Origin: Raillietiella orientalis
Taxonomy: Eukaryota
NCBI GenBank assembly: GCA_036172245.1
Contig: JAYWIR010000008.1
Span: forward strand, 930,001 to 994,000
Direction: 5' to 3'
DNA: 64,000 nucleotides
In this document: positions 1 through 12,500 of the stretch, piece by piece
How the letters are laid out: every line of letters starts with the position of its first letter
Numbering within the stretch: position 1 is the stretch's first letter
Made by a program: the position numbers and the translations under genes
The notes under the pieces: model-generated
Database searches by the model: none
Seen by the model: the letters and a program-made list of their open reading frames with translations, nothing else
What the model was told of the DNA's origin: nothing

Positions 1-574
1 CACCCTCACCGGGTGCGCCGTTTTGTGTTTCTGGGAACCCTATTTGGTCTCGATGCTCCTCCATCGAAAGTTGGCTTGTGCTCTCGGGGACCGCCGTTGG
101 TGGCCACATGTCAGGGAGAAGGGGGAGGGGAGCAAGATTTTTTTTCTTCCTTAGCTTTCGTCGGCGAGAGAGGGGGGGGGGACTCTAAGAGACGACGACG
201 ACGAGGAGGAGACGACAGTGGCGATACATAACTCTTGCTAGGATTTCCATCTGCAAGAGGGAAAGCGGGTAGGGTGGGGTGCAGTGGCCGCGGTCTGGGC
301 GAAAACAAACGGGATTCATGACGGCGAGTCCTGGCGGGGCGAATCCGCGCACGAAAGCCTCCTGCACGCCGTTGGGAGGGAAAGTCGCACGCGGTTCACG
401 GGAGCAGCCGGCCTGGTGGAGCTTGGCCCCTGCGTGGCGATCCCCGACCGTCCATTGTCCAGCCACGAAGGAAACATTCCAGTCCACGTCAGGGTTCTTT
501 CTCTTTCTCCCTTTTCCTTTTTTTTTTTTTTTTCATCTCCTCTTTTGTTTTTCTTTTCCTTTTCTTCCCTGCAG

Positions 575-610
575 ATGGGACAGTGCATGCTCCTTTCCGC
601 GTCCTTAACG
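575..610 (+). other. Candidate upstream (probably 5' UTR) micro-exon of the CNG gene
   Basis: Very long pyrimidine tract (~495-570) ending in GCAG at 574, then 36 nt, then a G|GTGAGG donor at 611. No homology support. Confidence 0.3.
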
Positions 611-1978
611 GTGAGGAGGCAGCGGCGGGAGGAAGACGATTCCGGAGACTATCCGACATGCGTCGAAACAGAAGCAGCGAAAAAGAGAAGAGGAACGACG
701 GCAGCAGCCACGGCGCAAGGACGGCGCGCGCGCGCACAGGGGGCAGAAGAGGGACCGCGGTCCCCAAGGTGACCGCATCGCGCCGAAGTTTAGTGGACTA
801 AGTTTCCCGCGCTCTCGTTCGTTGGCTCTTTCCCCATGCCGTGTCCTCAGAAGAGTGGCAGCAAGTAGAGACGCATTTTTCCTTTTTTTTTGTTGCTCAA
901 CCCCCGCCCTCGCAGCAGTTCGACGCCAGCGGTCCCTCGACTTCTTCCACGCGAGCATGATCGTGACAAATGACCGCCTAGGCATCTCCTAGGAGCGCGC
1001 CGTTGGTCTCCTGTGGACATCCCCTCCTTCGGTTCCTATGCAGACCGGGATGGACGGAGGGGGATCTCAGTTTTTCTCCTCTCCACGCCAAGCCTGTCAA
1101 CGTAGCGGGTAGCAGCAGGTCAGCGTAACGAGCTACGCGTCCTCGTCTTCCTTCCTGCAACCCCTCCTGCCGCCCCGTGTTCCTTTGCCGCATGATCAGG
1201 GTTCGCGCACGCGCCAATCGTTTCGCTTGGCCTCGGGCTCCGTCCGACCGAAGCAAGGGGCGTCCATCCTCCGACACAAGCGCTATGCTGGTTCGGACGG
1301 ACTGACGGAAGGGAGGAGCGACGGAGGGGAGAAACGACGTGGTGGTAGTGGTGGTGGTGAGGAGGAGGAGCCTCCCGTCTTTTTTTCTCTTTCTCTGCTT
1401 ATCTCTGTTCCTTCTCACCCGCTCCGAACGGATGGTTGCCTAGGCGACGAGGGAAGGAAAGAGTCCGCTCGCAAACCTTACTGCGAAGCGCCACGCTTCG
1501 CCGGTTGCAAAAAGATGCGGCGTTTTTTCCAGACAGAAGAGCGTTCGTGCAAACGCCGTTCCCACCGGATCGGAGACGGGGGGTAGGTCAGGGGGGGGGG
1601 GGGTGCTGTTTCACCGGGCGTTCTGCGAGCCAAAGTGCGCCGCATCGGGCGTATGGCGAGGAAACGGTGGCAACTCTCGACGGTTTATGGCGTTAGCGCG
1701 GTGGTTCGATAGCAGCGTGTCCGCCGATCACTAGCTAGCGGTGGCGGCGGAGGCAGGCAACTGGGTGATGCCAGCGGTCTCGCGAAGGAGTAGGAACCGT
1801 CGATGGAGCTGCTCGTATGCCTCCCCTCTCCCTCCTCCCGGGGGTGAGGGAGATCGCAGACTCGCTCCTCCTCTCTTGCTGATGTTTTCTCTGCCGCAGG
1901 TGAATCGGGTCCAGTCGCAAGGGAACGGCCGCTCCCTCCGAGAGGACGACGACGAGGGCGGCGCAGGAGTGCGTCGCC

Positions 1979-2117
1979 ATGGTGAGATGTTCGTCCTTCT
2001 CGCCGAAGGTGTGCCGGGGCGACGACCTGGAGGAGATCTCGGTTATCTCTCACCGTTCGCCGGCGAGGGATCTGGACAAGCCTTTCGCCATCAACGGTCC
2101 CAAGGCGGCGCTCACCG
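1979..2117 (+). CDS. Probable first coding exon of the CNG channel gene ([23 protein letters not shown]...)
   Basis: Polypyrimidine tract plus CAG acceptor at 1897-1899, in-frame TGA at 1901 upstream of a GCCATGG Kozak start at 1979, and a consensus G|GTGAGT donor at 2118. Its phase 1 matches the acceptor at 7430. Confidence 0.65.
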
Positions 2118-5100
2118 GTGAGTCGCCTCGGAATATACACTCTCGGAGGCGACTGGCCTTCTGTGGGGAAACTGCGGGGGAGCATGGCCCCTTCTTCCCC
2201 TCTGGATGCCCCCCTCCTCCCGGCTCCGGGAAGAGCTCCACGACTTAGCTTCCGGCGCTTCCTTCCTCTCGTTCCGAGGGCGGGGCGTACCGGAACCACC
2301 TTCCTTCCTTCCCTGGAGCGACACTGCTGCTGCGGTCTCCGGGCCGTCGTTCTCTCTCGCTCCTTTGTTCGCAGACTATGACCCACCACTCCGAGCCTGC
2401 TCACGACGCTCTGGTCACGTGGTCATCCGCCTCCTCCAATTCTTTTCCTTCTCTACAGGAGGAAGGCACTTTCCTTCTCTTTTCCTTCTTCTTCTAATTC
2501 TCTTTTTCTTCTACTTCTCTGCCTCTTTTTTTTCCCTTCTCTTGGAGCGCTGCCGTCATTCGACTCTCTAGTGGTGGTGCCTGTGCCACCCATCTGGGAC
2601 GCTGCTCCAGGACAGCGCCGTGCCGAAAAATTGGATTCCTGGAGATGACCGGAGTGTGTTGAGGGTAGTCTTTGCAGAGGCGAGAGGCCCGATTGGGGGA
2701 GAGGAAGGGCGACTCCCAACAGCGTCGCTTCGCCTAAGGTTCATCTCCTAAAATCCAAAGGGTTTGGCCCACTATCTCTCCTTTCCCTTGCTTCCTCTCT
2801 GAAACATCTCCACCCTGCTGTCCGCTTGGTTCGAGGAACTGGGGAGACGGGAGGGAAGCACTGGGATGGTGCCCCTAACAGTCCGCGGATGCAACAGCCT
2901 CTCTGGACTGACTGCTGGAGTTTCTCTCCCTTGCCTGCTACGGCAGCGGACTGCGAGACTGGACCCTGGATCGGTGAGTTTCATGTATGCTCATGTAGCA
3001 CGTGGCAAGAGCACGCGCGGCTGCAAACGAGTGTGTGGCCGCGTGCGTAAGTGCGAAGACAGGTGCACCCCGAGTCTTTCGCGTTCGCTCCCCGCCGCTC
3101 CGCGCTACCGCGCCAGCGGCTGCGCTCCAGTCGGCACAATCTTTGCTCGCAGACGCCGCCGCCACCAATGAAGGAAAGGAAGGGGCCTTCGCTCCGGACG
3201 CGGCAAAACAGCACCTAGTCTCACTAGCAACCAGCACTGCTGCGTTCGATGGGAACCTCCCCTCTTCTGGTTCCAGTCGCGCACATTGAAGCCATGGGAT
3301 CAGACTGCCCTCCCGCGGGTTTCTGTTCCCCTACAAGGGAAAGTCGTCGACGTTGCGCTGTATTTCCATGGTCTGTGCCTTCCTGCCTCTCTTTACCTGC
3401 ATTCTCAGCCCCCTCCATCTTTCTGTTCCAGTGTTGCGTGTCAGGCACCTCTCTGCCCGTTGAACGTACCCCTTCGTCCCCCGTCGTCCTTTTCTCCACC
3501 CTCCACCGCATTTGGATTGCCTAATGTCACTTGAGAGGGACTGCTTCGCCATCGCAGGGGACTGCGGCATGCTCAAGGCGTGTGCCTCGCTCTCAAGTGG
3601 CTGATGGACAGCCGTCGATTTTGCTGTCCCACCGAGTACACGTCGTTGCCTGTGTCATCTTCCCTCCCCTGTCCGTTTCCTGCGATGCGAGCGCGCTCGC
3701 AGCCGGGGGCGAGCCGGAGATGTAGAGGAGGGCGAGGGGAAGGCAGGTTGCGAGGCTGCTTATGCATCCCGAGGCAGAGAAGTGCTGCCGCCTTGAGAAT
3801 CCTCGCTGCCCCGTTACGCTCCTGCAGTTGAAGCGCCTCGCCGATCGCCGCTTCCCCTCTCCCGGCATCCTCGCTTCGCGACGCCGTTCCCGGTTTTCCC
3901 CCGTCCCTTTCCTTCCCCTCCGTCCGTCGTGCGAACGCTCCCAGGCCTCCCGTCTCTCCCCTCCGCCGACTGCCGACTGCACGGGGATAAAATTAGATTT
4001 TCTGCGTCGTCCTTGTTCCGTTCGTAGCGCCATACGCTGATGGTGCTCCGAAGCTCGACGACACGGCTGCTGCTGCTGCTGCTGCTGGCGTCTTCGTCTC
4101 CTGTCGCCCCCGTGTCTGCAGCTGCGAACGACCGCGCACTGTTGCAATTTTTTGCATATGAGAGACAGAAAGTGTGCTGGAGACTAGAAAGAATCCCTTA
4201 AGCCCCATTACGCTATGGAAGGGAAAAGCAGTGTGCGGGTGGGGTGGGGAAAAGGGAAGCAAGTCACCGTTTGCTCGTGTCCTGGGCCGGGTAGGGAAGG
4301 AAGGAAGAAGAGGGGAAGTGAAGCGATCCATTGCCACCAACTCATCAGCCTCATCGAAAAAAGAGATTTCCTGCGATCTTAATCTCCCTCCTGGACTTGA
4401 TGCTCTGCGTCTTGTTCTTCCAAAATTCTCCGTCCGTGTGCGCAGTGGGCTCCTGGAAGCGGATCGGAAACGGTCCCAGGTGGACTGGGGGGATGGGTGA
4501 CCGGTCCACCGCAGGTCAGTAACCACGCCGCACAGGAGAGCACCTACAGTAAGGTGACTCCGAACCACATCCGCATCCGAGGTGTACTGGCATTCGTGCG
4601 AAGCTAGGAGAGATGGTGCGCTTCACGCATTCATGATTTTCATAGCAACAATCTTGCCGCCTCGGGTACCTGCAATCTTGATATCTCCCATAACTTTGCT
4701 ACGGGAGCCTCTTCCTGCACGCCCGCCTGCATCTCCTTGGTAACGCTCCTAGATCACACTCTCACCAGCTCTGCGGATTGTTATAGAGCGCTTCAAAGCA
4801 GCGACATCTTTCTTAATGGACATAGCAGAGCAAGGAAATACGTATTCTTGTTTCAAGTCTTTCTCTATCCGCATTTCCTTCCGAAAGGAAGAGCAAAGGG
4901 GATTCTTCGTGTGGTTAACTGCGGGCTTCTGGATGTGAAAATCGATGAGCTGCATCGGCCTCCAAACTCTTCTGGTTATCTTCGAGACGCAGGGATAGGT
5001 CGACTGCGCTCATGTCCAGTATCAGGACACGAACGAACGACGCATCCATAAAGTTGTTGTATCCACGTCTTGCAGTGAACCGCTTTGAGGCCACTTAAAG

Positions 5101-6468
5101 GTGCGAAATGGAAATCCCAAGCAACTTATCACAATGGTGTCGAAGACAATCAGTTTGTGGCCGCGCTAATCTTGGGTTTCCACGGTACCTTGTCGCCCAC
5201 GGATGTAGCCGCACGTGTTCATGGATTTGTGTTGTGACCAGTTTATGAGAACCATCAACTGAATGCTCATTTTTCGTGTCCAGGAAAACGGTTCCCCCGT
5301 TTTCCTTTTTTTTTTTTTTGGTCCCTCCCCTCTTCCAAATACACAAGCGCGCGCGTGCACGCGCACGCACAAGTCACCTCTTTTTTTCCTTTCCCATTTA
5401 GCCAAGCTTGAATTTCCAATTTCCCTTCGTAATCTAGCTTTAAGAGCAATTTCGTCTTGGTTCCCTTATGCGGTCCCGGCGTTTTCCTTAAACATATTCC
5501 AGAACGCCACTTTCAGTCGGTCTGCCGGGTTTGGGAAGCTTCCTCCCGGTCTCTTTTTTCTCTGCTCACGACAAACCTGAGCGGTGCGGTGGAACAGAGT
5601 CGGAGCCTACAACGGAAAAGGGAATCGCTTGACTGATGGATGAATATGCAATGATTCCACTCTTCACAGGAAGAGTACCGGAATTTATACATTCGATATT
5701 TATCCATTCTATGCTTTCCGACTACTCATGAATATGCACCAACTGTTCGCGTACAGCTCGCACTTTATCGATCCATTTCAACGTGGTAGACATTTGTCAA
5801 CAGTACTGTGTCCACGGCTCTCGATTTATGGGTACGCCGAGCCCACGACGGATGTATACACACACTTGTTAATGGAGTGCCCTCGTTTCCCTGTGATGCG
5901 TGCAAACTTGTGTGCAGATATACTCATCCGATCAGTGAAAGCGTGTATCGCATTCGCATGGCATTGCGTCCACGAGTAGATCTTTTTCACTCCGGCGGAA
6001 TCCTCTGCCGAGGCGCTCCGCTCCGTGTCGATGGAAGACTCCGGAACGCACGTGATCATCGCGCGACTAGAGGCTGGTGGTGGTCGTCTAAGAAAACGGG
6101 AACCGAGGACAAACCGGACGGCGCAGGGGACCGAGACAAGCGGATGGTAGCTTATGCCAGAAAGGAGAGCAGGAAAATCAAGGTATTCCTCTCTCCGGTG
6201 TGCCGACCCTAGTGAAGCAAGGGGGAAAGTAAGAGGAGGAGGAGGAGGAGGGTTCCACAGAAGTTCGGTTCGTTGCATGGGTATAAGAAAACGCAGAAGT
6301 TCAGCATGATTGATGATGGAGCTCTTATAGATGAAGAAGAGTAATCCACGTAACGAATCTGTATTTCATTCCGTATATGGTAAACTACATTAAGTATCCG
6401 TGCTTGAAGACGTGTGTGTGCTCGCTGCGTTTTCAGGAAAAAAGGTGTATATCGGGGAGTGAGGATTT

Positions 6469-6504
<36 letters not shown>

Positions 6505-9500
6505 CGTGTGTGTGTGTGCGTGTGTGTGTTTTGAGGGGGGGAGTAAGAGGATCCAATTGTTACAATAACCTTCCCCCACCCCAACCCCTTCTTGTTCTTC
6601 GTTTTTTTTTTTTTATTTCTGATGTCACTTTTCGAGAGTGTGTATGCTGCTTTGTGATTGGTTCATAACTTTGAAAGAGACATATGTTGACTTCCAAAAC
6701 AAACAGGACGTTTTTTTCTTTTCTTTTTTTGTTCTCTTTTTCTTTCTTTCTTTTCTTTGCTTTCTTTTCCTTTTTTGCACATTCTTATCGCATCTCATGC
6801 ATCTTATGTTTAGTTGAAAGAGACCCCTTGATCTCTGATCTGAAATGCAAAAATTAGCCAAGCATGATGCATTTTTTTTCTTGTATGCACACCACTATCA
6901 ATAAGGATTGTATATATTGCATACTTTAGGGTTATAAACAACCCGTTAAAATCTCTGGTTAGTAGAATTCTGCCTGCACTTCTTGAGCACGGATTTTAGT
7001 AGCTCTCACAGTTTGTGTTCCTACGTTTTGATAGCTCTCTTTGAGATGTTTTCCGGGATTGCTACAGGAAAACCAGAGAATTCCGTCAGACATTGCACTC
7101 GAAGGATTTATGTCATGGATCATGATTGTTTGTATCTAGAAACTCCTTTGCTGATTTTTAAACCTTAAAAGAAAACATCCAGCGCGGGATCCAATGGAGG
7201 GCCGCGGCCCGGGTGAAATTTGTGCTCCTTGTGTTCCATTGGGGTCGTTTTTCTTCGCATCCACACGTTGCCTCTTCTCATTATCGGGTTACGAATCCGT
7301 TGCTCTGTGTTTTTTCGTTCTGGAGAAACTTTTCATCCCATCCATTGAGAACGGAAGAGCCCGTTTTTATTTCTTCTTTTGCAGCGCCGCATTCTAGCGT
7401 TTGCTGCTAAAACATGCTCTTCTATTCTAGAATCGCACGCTACGATTCCTGTCTTTTCTGCTTCAGACATTGGACCAGCTTCCAGGATTTGGGATCAGCA
7501 CGAGAACAATAGTTCCTCGAAGTCAATCTCGTCCCCCACGCTTGTTCCCGGTAGCGGCGACTTTGTTGGGCTGAAGAGCAGCAGCAAATCCCAATCGAGG
7601 CAGAGTCTCCTTGACGTGTTTGGCCAGAAGTTGAACACGAATTCCAGGAAAAGAGTCCCGAATGAGTTGTCCATGCTTGGATTCCTCAACCACTTCTCGT
7701 CAGAACGGGACATCACTCAGAAATTGAGGAACCAGATGAGGAAGGAGATCAAGGAGAAGCTGAAACCGGAAAATCATCTGATCGACAAGTCTCTGTGCAA
7801 CTGGACATTCGTGTTCGATCCCGCGGGACGCCTCTGTTACTACTGGTCCATGATCCTGTCCCTCGCTTTCCTGTACAACTTCTGGGTCCTGGTGTACAGG
7901 TTCGCCTTCCAAGAGATCAACTCGGACACGATAATTTTGTGGTTCTGTCTGGATTACTTCATGGACTTTGTGTACGTCGTCGACATCGCGTTCCACTTCC
8001 GAACGGCTTACCTGGAAGAGGGCGTGCTCCAGACTGACACCACGAAACTGAGACACCACTACATGAACTCTATGACATTCTACGTCGACTGCCTGTGTCT
8101 CCTGCCCCTCGACTTTTTGTACTTGTCCATCGGGTTCAACTCCCTGCTAAGGTGCTTCCGCCTGATCAAAGTGTACAGGTTCTGGGCATTCGTGGATCGC
8201 ACCGAGAGGCACATGAACTATCCCAATGTGTTCCGCTCCCTCAACCTTTTGCACTATCTGCTGGCCATATTCCACTGGAACACCTGCATCATCCACATCA
8301 TTGCGAAGAACAACGGGTTTGGAAACAGCGAGTGGGGCTACCCGAATGTGGCGGGCGGCGAAGACACTCTCCTTCAGTACCTCAGGAGCTACTACTGGTG
8401 CACCCTCATCTTCACCACGGTCGGTGATCTGCCCAGGCCTAGAAGCAAAGGGGAGTACGCCTTCATCGTCGTCGAGCTGCATATCGGTCTGATCTTGTTT
8501 GCCACTGTCCTCGGATACATAGCGAATATTGTGACCAATGTCAGTACCTCCAGGAAGGAGTTCCAAGGTCAGCAACAGTATATCTTGTTCTTTCGATCCA
8601 GCAAACACTTTGCACCAATCTAGCGGCACTCCCAAGATGCTGCTGCCCCCGTCGCCTCTGTCCCCTATCTGTCCTTCTCTATCGTGAAAATTCGCCGACA
8701 TTTGCTGTTTCGTGGTTTCCTTGATTAGGTGTGATCGTTAGCGATCGTTTCCGACTTACATCGTTAGTGGACTGTCGACAATGCGAAAGCGCCGGCGGCG
8801 GTCCACTGGAAACGAAAAAGTGCGTTTCCGAAATTCCGGTGTCCTCCCGTAACTTTATAGAACTCCCGCGATTCGGAATGAACACCGACGCAGCACGGCG
8901 GACTGTCTGATTCGTCTCCACTGTGATCACACGAGTTTGTGTCATCGGGGGTTTCTAAAATCAGGAGAATAAGGTCGAAACGAGGATGGACGTGGAGCAT
9001 CCTCATCTCGAAAAGCTTATTCAAGACCCCCATCCCTTGATCACCGGCAAAGAGATTTCACGCGCGGATTTATCAGAGACGCCGTTCCGTTCGCAATGCT
9101 GCGTGGGTATGCATGGATGAGTAACAGGAGCTCTCGGGAAGGAAGGGATCAGGATAACCGCATGTCCGGTCTGGACCGGAACGTATGATTCTCGGACTTA
9201 AGTATAAGCAACAAGCAGGTTACCGTGCATCTACGTTCCGCGTTCGTTATCTGTGTGCAGCAGGAGTGGATGACGCACATGTTAGCTCCGTGAGAATCAA
9301 CTATGCCACTCTGCTGACACTTCGATTCCATTCGGCTTCACTGCTCTGGGGCATCTAGGTAGTGCACAGAGAATTCCGCAGAATACTTTAAAAACCCGTG
9401 AAAAGATCGAAAAGATAAGGTGGTTGGCAGGGCAATCTCTGTTCGCCTAGATGATGACGGCCAGCGTGTTCGTTTTGGGGAATCAAAGGGGAAGGAAAAC

Positions 9501-12500
9501 TGCTAACAAAAAACGGTTTCTCTTAGACGTTGCTTTTACTTACGCCTATATCAATTACGAGTTGGACGGAATATGGAAGTTTCGACGCGCACTTGTAACT
9601 CGCAGATATCATTCGATTTTTTCTGCGCTTCTTTGGTGCTGATGGCTGCACTTCCGCAAACACTTTTACTAGGTACTTTCAGTAACTTTACCCGCTTAAA
9701 ACTTTGCTTTTGTTTGCGCTTAGAAAACGAATCTACCATGGAATTAAGTTTGTTCCGTGGAAAGAGAGTGATCTGGGAACTAATGCAGATTTGCACGTAA
9801 AGAAAATCGGTGATCGAGATCAATTTTCGTGCGAAAATCGAATGCTAAAATAGACAGTTTTCCAACACAAGAGAAAAATGATTTTCGGATGCCATGGAAG
9901 CGTGGCTGCTCGTTCAGGTCCGTGATTTATCCCTGCAGAATTAGTGAAAGCATCGTGCAAATAAACAAGGAGAATTTCAGAAACGTTCGGTTCATTGCGA
10001 GATCTGGATCGAAATTTGAAAGTTCGCTCGCCACCGTGCGTCTGTTTATTTTGAGGTTGAATTCTCAGTGAGACGAGTTCTCTCCCCTTGGGCGGCGTCC
10101 CGTTCTAGGGAAAAATAAGGATCAAAGCATTCTTATTTCTGTCATCCCTCACGAATGACTATTTACATTTGGCAAAGAATTGTTCGTCGCATTATGAATT
10201 CGGTAAAGCCTCCAGCGTAGTCCGATGTGTTCCTCCCGTTACCCCCATGGTTGGAGATCATAACTTTTCTAGGTGGTTTCGCACAGTGGGTGACAATAAC
10301 AAGTAAAGAAGCAAATGGGCAGAATACTGCTTCGATAGGTTTCAACCATCACTGGTCCAATAAACTGCTGCCATATCACCATTTTCTAGGGGATTTTTCC
10401 AGTCCTTTTCACGAAGAGATCTGCAACTAGATCGATTTTGACTCCTTTCTCTCGCGGAAATGCTCCTTGTAGTTTATTCCGTGCCTTTTTGCAGATGTTC
10501 CACACGAAGCTCTTCCTCTCGGTTGGACACCACAACAAGCAAAGTCAATAAGCAATTAAAAGGCCTGAGGGATGCCTGCATATTCGCTGGCTTAATTTGC
10601 TTTATGCATGCGCATAGGTTCTCGTCAAAGTAATGGTCATAAAACGGTTTCCCAAGAGGTTTGAGATGACAGATGGTGAACAGATGCTGAAAGTGCCTTA
10701 CAAGTTGAGTGTCCCTTTCCACAAAAAAAAATATCAATAATGAATCACCACCTTACTGCCTCACAAATTGCACTCCCTGAAAAAACAAGCGTCGAATGTG
10801 GAAAATCTCTCCCTTATGCATGAACAACATTCGAAAAGCAAATCAGACGCTGCACAGTAAGCATCAGTAAGAGTCCATCAATTTGCCGACAGCTTTTCTC
10901 GTTCCGTATCTTCCTTACTTTCCATCTTAAACACAGCGATTCCATTCATTCGCCATAATTAGATTTCCCGGTTTCCTGTGCAAAATCTCTTTATCTCCCT
11001 TGAGAAATTCTTGTGTTTACTAACACTGAACCGAATTGTGAGGATTAATTGAATACCCGTACGTTTTCTCTGAAATCTCTCCATCGGCTTCTAGAAAAAC
11101 AGTTAATTTTTCTTTCTTTCTCAGCACAGTGCCATTATTGCATTTGGACGGTTTCGGTTCAGCTCTACTTTTCATTATCTTACATCTGGAGATCCCTGCA
11201 TCTTTATATAACAACTTACTTTCTAGAGCATGATCTGTTGTCCTCGGTTGCCGTTTCACCAGTTTTGAGACCGCCTTTTGTTAGCTTAGGTAGCAGTTTT
11301 CATATGTTTATATATATTAACAACAATTTTATATATATATATATATATATATTCTCCTTTTGTCCTGGACAACAGTAATGCTGTTCGTCCAGTCTATCCT
11401 CTCGAGACATGCAGCCAAAACCTTTCTTTAGGAGAGTTCTTTCCAAATCGAAAAAAAAAAAATAAAAATACAGCAATCAAACAGAATCAAACAACTAAAT
11501 TGAACTATCATCATCGGTCTCTTATCACTCTTTTATGAGGGATTTTCCTGGTTCTAAGCCAAATCAGAAGGATTAATAGCCTCCATGGCAATTTTTTGTA
11601 TCCACTCTGCTGCATTCATCAAATGCGCACTGTTTCATTAATCATTTCTTCTTTTTAACTTTCCTTTCATTCTCCTTTTGAGAATAAATTGGATGGAAAT
11701 GCAGTCGTTTTTCTAAAACGAGATTTGTTTATCTGTGTTTTCATTATGCTGTCTGAAGAACATCCTTAAGGGATGAATTTGTAAAATTCCGCAACTGAAA
11801 GAAAGGAAAGGTGTAGTGCTGCCAAAGTGTCACGCTTGAACAAAAAATCGAATCTTTTAGATGTCATCAGAACTAGCTAACGCCAGCGTGCAATCTGTCT
11901 TTTATCACTAACAGCGCATGGATGGAATAGAGATAGCGTAAGAATAGAAGTGGTTCTCTTCTGAAACTACCAGTTTGGAAGAGAACAACCAGTTGATCTT
12001 TTTAAAAAAGTAGTCCACATGTAATGTCCTGCAACCAACTAAGAATATTGGATGCAGTTATGATGAAGGTTGCAGTCGACTGGTCATGGTGTTCAAGTCT
12101 GAGGCTTTGGTGAGGCTGTTAGCATAACTACTCCTTTCTGCCGAAGAACGAGAACAGGCAAGTTAACATATGTTACGTACACGTGTGTAAGTGCACTGAT
12201 TTCGCTTTTTACTTGCTGGGATTTCTTGTTGCTTTCGAAATGCTAGCGCGCATGAGGAAGGGATCCGTGTGGTGTAGCACCCGGTTTTATCTTTGGAGTA
12301 TAGCTTGCCACATCCTTCAAATCTCCCTTTTTTGTCTTCCGCTTACATGATCAATCGACTTTGCTGTAGTTTCGTCTCCATCGAAAGGAATGTGTTTCCG
12401 TGCTTTTGAAACAAAGTATTCCATTTTATGGAAGAGCAAACAACCAGCATTCTGTTTGAAGTAGCTTGCAAGATGCTTCTCTTGAAAAATGCACTTTGAA

